64,000 bases of DNA from an uncultured Bacteroidales bacterium (GTDB lineage: Bacteria > Bacteroidota > Bacteroidia > Bacteroidales > GCA-2748055). The stretch's first letter is position 1, and each line of letters starts with the position of its first letter. Positions 18,179-28,740 of the stretch are shown here, piece by piece. The notes below the pieces were generated by a model. It made no database searches, was not told the DNA's origin, and saw only the letters and a program-made list of their open reading frames with translations. The stretch lies in NCBI GenBank assembly GCA_963764345.1, contig CAVXSF010000009.1, forward strand, positions 131,116-195,115, in the 5' to 3' direction. The translations under genes and the position numbers were made by a program.

Positions 18179-19063
18179 ATGGCAACCGGAGAACCACCTG
18201 CCGCACAGGCATCAGAGGAGAACGATACAACCGGCACCGCCACCCTTGACCTTCTGCCCCTGGCCATCTTCGAGCCTTCGGTGAGAGAGGGTTGTGCCCC
18301 GCTGACCGTAACCTTTGCCAACCTCTCCCAAAACAGCCATGCCTGGCAGTGGAGTTTTGGCGACGGGCAGGAGGCGGATCAGAAAGAACCCGTCCATCGT
18401 TTTGAAAATCCAGGCGAATACTTCGTGATCCTGACGGCTGAAGGCGACAATCACACCGTCTCCACCCTCACCCTCACCATCGTGGTGCATCCGCGGCCCG
18501 AAGCCAGCTTCAACATAGAGGCAGCAGGCATGCCCGGCAACGGGAAGCCGGTGTACTTTTATAACCTCAGCACCGGCGCTGAAAGTTACGAGTGGCATTT
18601 CGGCGACGGCGGTGTCTCACACGACCGGGAGCCGGTATGGAACTACGACAAGGCCGGCAGGTATACCATCACCCTGATCGCCCGCAGCGCCTCCGGCTGC
18701 ACCGATACCATGGTGATGGAGAACGCCTTTGACCAGGGCGGGCCGGAGATCCGGTTCCCCAATGCCTTCAGCCCCGACATGAACGGGCCAACAGGTGGAT
18801 ATTACCATGCCGGCGACAGTAACCATGACGTCTTTCATCCGTATACAGGCGAAGTCCCGGAAACGTACGAATTAAAGATCTACAACCGCACCGGGAACCT
18901 GGTCTTTGAAAGTCATGATTTCCACCTTGGATGGGACGGCTATTACCAGGGCAGGCTTCAGCCACGCGGTGTGTATATATGGAAGGCCAGGGGACGTTTT
19001 GCCGGCGGAAAAACCTTTGAAGAAATGGGCGACGTAACGATGATATATAATGGAGGGAGTTAG
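18179..19063 (+). CDS. 2x PKD domain protein with a T9SS type-B (gliding-motility-associated) C-terminal domain; the real N-terminus is probably upstream
   Basis: PKD motifs are FANLSQNSHAWQWSFGDG and YNLSTGAESYEWHFGDGG. The CTD reads FPNAFSPDMNG...LKIYNRTGNLVFES...GWDGYYQG...GVYIWKARG. There is no signal peptide after M18179, and the same frame is open back to 18020. Confidence 0.8.
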   Translation: MATGEPPAAQASEENDTTGTATLDLLPLAIFEPSVREGCAPLTVTFANLSQNSHAWQWSFGDGQEADQKEPVHRFENPGEYFVILTAEGDNHTVSTLTLTIVVHPRPEASFNIEAAGMPGNGKPVYFYNLSTGAESYEWHFGDGGVSHDREPVWNYDKAGRYTITLIARSASGCTDTMVMENAFDQGGPEIRFPNAFSPDMNGPTGGYYHAGDSNHDVFHPYTGEVPETYELKIYNRTGNLVFESHDFHLGWDGYYQGRLQPRGVYIWKARGRFAGGKTFEEMGDVTMIYNGGS

Positions 19064-19797
19064 AGATTAGAGATTGGGGATTAGAGATTGGGGATTGGGG
19101 AGTTAGAGATTAGAGATTGGGGATTAGAGATTGGGGATTGGGGAGTTAGAGATTAGAGATTGGGGATTAGAGATTGGGGATTGGGGAGTTAGAGATTAGA
19201 GATTGGGGATTAGAGATTGGGGATTGGGGAGTTAGAGATTAGAGATTGGGGATTAGAGATTGGGGATTGGGGAGTTAGAGATTAGAGAGTTAGAGATTAG
19301 AGATTGGGGAGTTAGGAGGAGTACTGAATTAACATCTTCATAACTTCATAACCTCATAACCTCATAACTTCATAACCTCATAACCTCATAACTCTTTAGA
19401 AAAGTTAGGGAGTTAGGGATTGAGGGAGTTAGGGATTGAGTGGGAAGAAAGGTGTGAAAGGTGAAAGGAGGCGGATAAATGATGGTTTTTATTTCGTAGA
19501 GACGAGCAATTATGCACGTCTCCTGGAAAATACGGAATTAATCATTCGTGCGAAAAACAAAAGGTGAAAAGTGAAAGGTGAAAGTGAAGGAAAGAGAATA
19601 TTGAATATCGAATATTGAATATCGAATATCGAATAATGAATTCGGAGACGGGAGAAGGACTTAGTAAATACTGCGGCGGACTGGGTTTCCCCTTTAGGGG
19701 ACTAAGGGGTGAGCGTAGGGAGGAAGGGGAGACGGTCGTAGAGACGCCATGTATGGCGTCTCTACTACAAAACAACCCCGAATTTCCTAATATCATC
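19054..19797 (+). repeat. G-rich mosaic repeat array R3
   Basis: A 43-bp higher-order unit (AGAGATT AGAGATT GGGGATT AGAGATT GGGGATT GGGGAGTT) occurs about 5.5 times, with anchors at 19059, 19101, 19144, 19187, 19230 and 19273. It is followed by 7x TCATAACY, GGGAGTTA/GGGATTGA tracts, GAAAGGT and GAATATC tracts, and GGAGACGGG. Next come the GGGTTTCCCCTTTAGGGG module, a perfect palindrome at 19738-19765, and a CGAATTTCCTAATATC right end. Confidence 0.9.
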
Positions 19798-22700
19798 AAC
19801 CGCCAACCGGCATCATAAATAATTACGGGCAGGTTTTAATCCCGTCACGTAAAAGGAGAACGAACACAAGAGATATCGAATTATATCGAAGAAGACAAGG
19901 CCAGCCTTGTCCCAACGAAAAACAAAATATCCCCGCCCCAAAGGGGAAACCAAACCTGAGATAATGATACGGACGAACCTTATAAAAAGACGATTCCTCC
20001 CGGGACTGCTCCTGCTGCTCCTGGGAAGCTTCAATCTCTTTTCCCAGACACAGATCGACAGTGCGAAATATATCACCGTAAACCAGGATGTGATAACTGT
20101 ATACCTGAACGAGCCGGTGACCCTGACCACTGCTGCGGGCTGGTCTGTCAATGTGGGAGGTACCGTACATACCTATAATTCAAATACCCTCATACGTCCG
20201 AATATCCAGTACCTCTCGGGTAGTGGGACCAATACCATTAATTTCAGACTCTTATTCGTTTTTCCTAAAACAAATATTGAACCGCCCGATGTGGCTGCCG
20301 GAGTTACTGTTTCATATAACGGTAGTGGAAATACAAAAAATTTATTGAGTGTTTCAATGGGTGCAGACGGGCCTGTTACCGCAGTGAACGACCGGATTAT
20401 TACCTGTGATATGCTGACTTCAGTACAGTCAATTGGTGTGGAAAATAGTACAGGACCATGTCAACCAGTTTCTGTACAAATGAAAATTTCATGGAATTGG
20501 TCAATGGTCGCTAGAAATAGTACTCATTTTAATACAAATGGAATACAAGCAAGAACATCATGGAATGATCTGGCAAATACAAAAAATAACTACAATATGA
20601 CTGAAGATCCAATAAATTCAGGCAAATATGTAGTTGTAACTCCACTTTTCTCCTATTCTATTGAAAATACTTGTACCTTTAATTTAGCCGTATATCCAAT
20701 ACATCTTCATAAACCATCAGATCTACAACAAGCAAATCTATATGTGTTATGGGGAACTACTCAAGCAAGATTATATCTTCCAGCATATCGCTTAGATAAC
20801 CAACAACTAGGCGGTAACTTCCAAATCACACCAGCTACTGGCTCTAACCCAACACTTATTTGTCGTGGCAGTGATATTGACGGTTTCATTTTTCACGATG
20901 CCACCGAATTCAACTGTAACTCTGGCGTAGAACCCGACCGTCCCAACGAAGGCACCCGTTGGACGCAGTTCGTATATGGTACCCACTCAGGTGCCGGTAT
21001 CCCCAATGTATATATCGACGTTCACGGCACCATGGTCCAGATCACCGACAATGACGGTAATTTTATCCCCGGGCCCTTTACCGTCGATCCCAATACCGGG
21101 GCTACCGTGGCACCCTATGACACCGCCAGCGGCTTCTACGAAGGGCCGGTGGAAGAGATCCCGGAACCGGCCACAGGTCCTACCGCCCAGACTTTCCCCA
21201 TATACCACACCGGCAACTATTACAACGACCAGGTGAATGACGTGTTCGAGGTGACCCTCCGAAACTGGGGGCCGTGTAACAAATACATCGATTTTGAAGC
21301 CCCTATTGAAACCACTTCGGAATTGAGACTTATCGAAGCACCTCCCCCGCCCAACCCCGGAACGCACGATCATTGTTTCGGCTCTGTGCCGGGAACGATT
21401 TCGGTCACCGGTACCGGCGGGGATATCGACTGGTATTCCGACTCAACGCTTATCACCCTTATCAAAAACAACAGCAGCAGTTATACCCACGGTGAAACAG
21501 CGGTGGGCTCATATTATTACTGGGTAAACGAGACCGGCGGCAACGGCTGCGTCGGCCCCGACACCATGGTCACCCTCACCATCAACCCCCTCCCCCTGAA
21601 CAACCAGCCCGTCTCCGACCCGGTGATCTGTGCCGGCGAAACGGCTACCATCACCATCGGAACTCGGAGCCGGGCGTATCCTACCAGCTGCGTAACGACG
21701 CCAACGATAATCCCGTGGGCGCAGCACAGACGGGCACCGGCGGGACACTGAACTTCAGTGTCAGCCCCGGCTCCACCATTACCTATAATATCCTGGCTAC
21801 CAATATACCACAGGCTGCGACAATGAGCTCACAGACAAGGCCGTGGTTACCGTTCATCCCCTGGCCAACATCAGCAGCCAGCCGCCGAACCGGACCAGGT
21901 GCGAAGGCAACCAGCACTACCTTCTCCGTTACCGCCTCCGGTCCTATCGTCAGCTACAGGTGGTACGTAGACCCGAACACCGGCACCTTCTCGGCCATTA
22001 GCAACGGCGGCGTTTATACCGGCGCCACCACGGCCACCCTGCATGTCAACAACATCCCGGCGTCCATGAACAACTACAAGTACCGCGTGGAGATCATCAC
22101 CACCGGACCGTGCTCCAAAATCTCGAACGCCGGCACCCTGCGTGTCAACCCCGCTGCCACTCGACAAGAACGTGATCGCCGACGATTATTACCTCTGCTA
22201 CGGCACCTCCACCAGCATCGTGGTGCAGTCGTCGGAAAACGGCATCGCATACGATTTCCGCATCGGCAGCGACGTGAAGAACACCCAGACCGGCAACAAC
22301 GCCAACCTCGACTACCCCACCGGCAACCTCATGGCCGACACCACCTATAACGTCAATGCCCGTAATACCGTCACCGGCTGTTCACGCGTTCTCACCGACA
22401 AGCCCAGGGTAAATGTCAATCCCGATCTCACAGCCAATTTGTCCGTGGCACTCCCCGACATCTGCAGGACACGCCCATCGACCTGCCTTCAGTAACCGTC
22501 ACCGGCGGCTCCGGTCAATATTCCTACCTCTGGACCGGCACCGACGTCTATACAGCAGCAACAGCCAGAACCCGGCATCTTTCATGCCCTCTTCCGCCGG
22601 CGGACACAGCTATACCGTCACCGTCACCGACGAGGGCTTCCTCACCGAATCGGCCGGCACACGCACCTGTACGGCATCCGACAACACCAGCTTCACGGTC

Positions 22701-24053
22701 AACCCCATGCCCCTCGACCGGACCGTCCAGGTCACCCAGTCGAAGATCTGTTACAACACAACCACGGGCATACGCATCGTCAATTCCGAGAATAACGTTG
22801 AATACCAGGTGAAAAATGCCGCCACCGACGCCAACATTGGCGGTCCTGTCGCCGGTACGGGCGCTAACATCACCATTCCCACCGGCAACCTCACCGCCAC
22901 CACACAATATAAGGTTGTGGCCACACGGACCGACGTCACCCCCAATTGTGAGATCGTGCTGACCGACAAGCCTACCGTCACCGTCGACAATGACATTTCC
23001 ATCGTCGCTTCCGTCGATGATAATGCCATCTGTCTGGGCGAAACCATCAGCCTCAGCTCGACACCCTGCCGGCGGCACCACCAACTACAGCTTCACCTGG
23101 AGCGGTCCCGACGGTTTCAGCAGCGGCGCCGAAGATCCCGGTGTCCTACACACCGGTATCATCAGGCACTCCCCATACCTTCTCGCGTCACCGTGGCCGA
23201 CGATTTCAACCCGTCTGGCGGCGGCACCTGCCGGCCACCGATAATGTCACAGTGGATGTCTTTACACCCGCCTTCCAATGGCATCACACCTGTCGATCCA
23301 CCATCTGCGTGAACATCAACCAGGTGCTGAGCGGTAATCCTGTCGCAGGCAGCGGAGCTATCACCTCCCACTTATGGACCGGCGATACCGGTCCACTGTC
23401 GGCCGTTAGATATAGCGTCCCCGACCTTTAACACTGCCACACCCGGCGTATACAACCTTACTTATACCACTACCGACACACATGGCTGCCAGGCTGTCGA
23501 TAATGTGGCCGTTACTGCTTCAGGTCCACAGGTATCCCCGCTTCCGGGTGCCACTGCCGGCGTCTGTGCCGGGAAAGACCTGGCTATAGACGGAAATCCA
23601 TCCGGCGGACAGGCACCCCTGTCCCATCTATGGTCGGGAGATATCGGTCCCCTGAATAACGCCAACCTGCAGGCTCCTACATTTAACTCGCCTTCCACCG
23701 GTGTATTCAACCTTGTCTATACCGTTACGGATAATATCGGATGTAAAGCCTCGGGCCCGGTAGTTGTCACCGTCAGTGAAGTCAGCGCCAGTCCTCTTCC
23801 GGCATCACCCGCAAAGATTTGCACCGGCGAGGACCTGGCTCTCAACGGTAACCCCAGCGGCGGTACGGGCACCTACCCGATCCATCTCTGGTCACCCGGC
23901 GCCAACCCGCAGGCAGGAGTGCTGAGCGCCACCAACCAGCAGAATGTGACCTTCAACGCAGCCACTCCGGGTACCTATACCTTCGACTATTTTGTGCAGG
24001 ACCAGGCCGGTTGTAACTATACCGAAAGCGGCTACCAGGTAGTAGCCTACCTC

Positions 24054-26563
24054 AGCCCTGTTGCCGATGCCGGCAGCGGCGGCGATATTTGCGGACTTAC
24101 CTTCGGGCTGGCCGCAGCACCCAGCGTACCTGCCGGAAACCGTGTGAACTACACCGGCCAGTGGACAGTGACAAGCGGACCCGGAACAGCCTCCTATGCT
24201 TCCGGACAGAGCAGCGCGGTCACCGATGTTACCGTCACAGTCTATGGTACCTATGAATTCACCTGGACGGAGACCAACGGTAACGGACAGTGTTCCGACA
24301 GTAAGACCATCACGGTCAATTTCTACCAGCAGCCCACAGCCAATGCAGGAATCGACAAGGAGATCTGCGGCAGCAAATCGACAGCTCTCGCCGCCACAGC
24401 ATTCAACTATGCTGCTGCTCCCAACGTTAACTCTGGCAGTCGTACCTGGGCATACATCAGCGGCCCGGATGCCACACCCACATTTGCCAATGTCTCTGCA
24501 CCCAACAGCAATGTTTCGGTGGACTATTACGGTACTTACCAGTTCAGTTATACGGAAGATAACGGTGGTGTATGCACCGATGCCGATACCGTAACAATGA
24601 CCTTCTACGAAAGTCCTGTAACTTCTGCCGGCAACGACATTGAGGAATGCAATGCACTCACGACCAACCTCGCCGGCACCGCCTTCACATACGCCGGAGG
24701 TCTGAACCAGAATTCGGGCAGCCGCGGATGGGAATATATCAGCGGTCCCGACAACACGCCCACCTTCGGCAATACCACCAGCCCCACATCGGCTGTCACG
24801 GTGAACCGGTTTGGGCGTTACATGTTCCGTTTCGCCGAGACCAACGGCACATGCAATGATGCCGACACGGTGCAGGTATCTTTCTACGAGCAACCCACGG
24901 CCAATGCCGGTGCCGACTCATCGGTCTGCGGCAGTAAAACCATCACCCTCTATGCCAGCCCCTACGGATACCTTGGCGGAGGGAATATCAATTTCGGTGC
25001 AGGACTGTGGACCTATGTCAGCGGTCCCGATGCCACGCCCACCTTCTCCAACCCTGCCAGCCCGTTCAGCAGCGTAACGGTGGACTATTACGGCGTGTAC
25101 CGGTTCAGGTACACCGAGACCAACGGCACCTGCAGTTCATCCGATATCGTTCAGATCACCTTCTTCCAGGATCCTACGGCCAACGCAGGAATTGACAAGA
25201 ACGTTTGCGGCAGTCTGAGCACACCCCTGGCAGCTACGGCTTTCACTTACGCCGCAGCGCCGAATGTCAATTCAGGCAGCAGAACCTGGTCGTACGTTTC
25301 CGGCCCCGATGCCACACCCACCTTCAGCAGCCTTTCGAGTCCGACAGCCACCGTTACGGTAAACAACTACGGAACCTACCAATTCAGGTATACCGAGACC
25401 AACGGCACCTGCAGTGATGACGATATTGTACAGGTAAACTTTTACCAGCAACCCACAGCCAATGCCGGCATCGACCAGAAGATCTGCGATGCTCTGAACA
25501 CCAGCCTCACGGCCACAGCTTTCACCTACCGCCCGGCACCCGATGTGAATGCCGGCGTACGCCAGTGGAGTTATGTCAGTGGTCCCGACAACGCCCCGTC
25601 TTTCAGCGACCCGGCCGACCCGCATTCCTCCGTCACCGTCCTCTTCTATGGCATCTACCAGTTCAGATATACCGAGTCCAACGGCACCTGCAGCGATGAT
25701 GATGTTGTTCAGGTAACCTTCTCCCAGCAGCCCGTCGCCGATGCCGGCACCGATGTCCAGGTCTGTGCGGGGAAGACCGCCAACCTCACCGGTTCAGCCT
25801 TCCTGTATGCCGCCGGGCTGAATGAGAATTCGGGCACCCGCCAGTGGCAGTATGTCGACGGTCCCGATGCCACCCCTACCTTTGCCGCCCCGTCCAGCGC
25901 CACCTCCAGCGTCTCTGTGGACAATTACGGTACGTATCATTTCCGGTTCGTGGAAACCAACGGCACCTGCAATGATGCCGACACGGTGAAGGTCACCTAT
26001 AATGAAGAACCGTCAACTGATGCCGGCCCCAACCAGCAGGTGTGTGATGCCCTCACCACGGACCTGGCAGCCACATCCTATACTTACCTTCCGGCACCCG
26101 ACCAGAATGCCGGGACAATGACATGGTCGTATGTCAGCGGACCCGATGCCTCGCCGGTCTTCAGTGATGACGGCAGCCCTACTTCAGCTGTAACAGTGAA
26201 CGACTACGGCACTTACCGGTTTATGTTCACCGAGACCAACGGCAACTGTAGTGATGCCGACGTGGTAGATGTGACGTTCTATGAACAGCCCACTGCCAAT
26301 GCCGGCACCGACATCGACGAATGTGGTGTCCTGAGCACCAGTCTTGGCGCCACGCCATACAGTTACCTGGGAGCGCCAAACCTCAACTACGGCACCAGGC
26401 AATGGAGCTATGTGAGCGGTCCCGATGCGACACCGGTATTCACCAACCCGGCCAGCCCCACCAGCGGCGTGACTGTCGACACTTATGGCTCATACCAGTT
26501 CAGATATACCGAGACCAACGGCTCATGTCATGACGATGACATCGTCGTGGTTACCTTCCACCA
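24054..26563 (+). repeat. Intragenic tandem repeat: 9 copies of a 93-aa (279-nt) domain inside the giant gene
   Basis: The copies follow the consensus QQPTANAGxDxxxCGxxxxxLAATAFTYAAAPNVNSGSRTWSYVSGPDATPTFSxxxSPTSxVTVxxYGTYQFRYTETNGTCSDxDxVQVTFY. I counted them in the translation of 23505-30941. Confidence 0.85.
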
Positions 26564-28740
26564 GCTGCCAACCGTAACGCCTATGGCCGGCTTTACCGTC
26601 TGCCGCGACAGTGCGCTCAACGTCATTCCTGTAACCGGTACCTTCGGCGGCGGAGCTACCACCGCGTCGTGGTCTGTCCTTGCCCCGGCAACAGGAAGCA
26701 TTATTAATGAAAGCCAGACGGGGAATACCGTCACGGCCGAATACGTACCCGACTACGGTGACCTGGGCGGATCGGCAGTCTTGCGTCTCACCAGTGACGA
26801 TCCCGCAGGCCCCTGTGTGGCTGCATCGAATGATGTGGTGATCACCATCAATGAAGCTGCCTGGGTCGATGCAGGCCCCGACACCATCCAGATCGCTGCC
26901 GGTGCTACGGCTGCCCTTAACGGCATCGTTGCCGGTGGCACCAGCAACGGAACATGGACAGTCGTCTCCGCACCTGCGGGAGGCACCTTCACCCCCGGTC
27001 CCACTACCCTCAACGCAACCTTCGATCCGACAGCCACACAGGACGCCGTAGGATATGTCACCCTCCGGCTCACCTCCGACGATCCCGACGGTATACAACC
27101 CTGTGTGCCCGTATATGACGATATCGTCATCCATATCGGAGAGAACCCCGTTGCCGACGCACTTGCAGATACCACGATCTGTGCCAACGACACGATCTTC
27201 CTCAACGGCCGCATCAGAGGTTCTGCCACCAACGGCACATGGTCTGATCTCGATGGTGCCGGCTCGGTAGTATACAATACCCTTGTTGATGACAGCATCG
27301 TCATCGGCTATTACGTCACAAACGCCGCACAGATGGCTTCCGATGTGGCTCAGGGTTATGTCACCTTCAGGCTTACCACCGACGATCCCGACGGTGCCGG
27401 TCCGGTCATCGCCGACCACGATGATAAAACCGTAAGTATCAACCCGCTGCCAAACACCTCACCCATCAGCGGTCCGCCAGAAGCCTGTATCGGAACCAAC
27501 AACCTGTTCTACAACGTCACCCTTACACCGGGCTCCTACTACGACTGGACCTGGGCCGCTTCCCTCGGCACGAAAACCTTCGGCGGCGACGGCCTTAACA
27601 GCAATGCACTGGTAATCAACGCCTCACCCCTGCCCGCCAGCGACACGATCCGCCTCGTGGAAACAAACCAGTACGGCTGCGTCGGACAGGAGATCAAAAA
27701 GGCAGTACTAATCAAAGACAAAACACCGGTAACCACCGTTTCCGGACCTGCGGAAGTTTGCGACCGGCAGGAAAATATCGAATTCAGCATCCCGCAGATT
27801 GCCGGATCGACCTACCAATGGTTTGTACCCACAGGCTCCGGCATCATCTCCACTCCGAATATCGACTCCGTCTTTGTCAATTTCGGATCGATCAGCGGTA
27901 ATGTGAGTGTTACCGAAACCAATTCAGCCGGATGCGTCACCAACCACGACCCTCTGTTTGTGACTGTCAACCCGTTACCGCCGTCAAACCTCTCAGTGAA
28001 CAAAACCAATATCTGCCTCGGCGAGGCCGTCACCTTTACTGCCGGTCCTGCAGGAGCAGCCAATTATGAATTTTTCGTTGACAGCGTCAGCGCCCAGACC
28101 GGACCCGGGAACACTTACGTCACCGACAGCCTGACCGACGGGCAGCAGGTATTCGTGAATGTCACTACTATCAAGGGCTGCGAGAAAGCGAGCGCCGCTA
28201 TCACGATGAACGTCTACGCCAACCCGGTGGTAACCCTTACCAGCTCCGACATCGACAACACCATCTGCTTTGGCACAAATGTGCTCTTCACTGCCTCAGC
28301 TGCCGGAACAGTCGGTTACCAGTTCTTCCTCAATCATGCCAGCGTCCAGAACAGCGCCCTGAGTACCTACAACACCAGCGCGCTGAATGACGGCGATTCG
28401 ATCTACGTGATCGGAACCACCGCCCTCGGCTGTACCGGGGAGAGCAATGGCATCGAGACTTTGGTCAACCCGCTGCCCGTTGCGGTACTGAGCGGTGACA
28501 ATACAATATGTCCGGGCGATTCAACAGCCCTCACCGTCACCGTCACCACCGGCACAGGGCCTTACGACGTGACCATCAGCAATGGCGTGGGCACAATCTC
28601 AAATTACAACAGCGCCGATCCCATTTATATACATCCGCCTGCCAACAATGTTTACAGCCTCAGCCAGGTGACAGATGCCAACAGCTGTTCGGTGAGCATG
28701 CCGACGCCCAACCTTACGGGAACGGCCGTCATCAGCCTGA

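Noticed and set aside
19542-19818. ORFs 19542-19799 (minus) and 19615-19818 (plus) in R3. ORF 58787-59050 (minus), which spans the R5 right end, was considered with them.
   Set aside because: They are composed of repeat modules, and 58787-59050 also overlaps the 3' end of rng. There is no independent coding evidence.
23892-27419. Long antisense ORFs inside the giant gene (23892-24893 at 333 aa, 26523-27419 at 298 aa, 26753-27304 and others), plus many 60-130-aa alternative-frame ORFs.
   Set aside because: They lie opposite or out of frame to a strongly supported repeat-domain reading frame. Their Gly/Arg/Val-rich composition is typical of shadow ORFs in GC-rich repetitive coding sequence.
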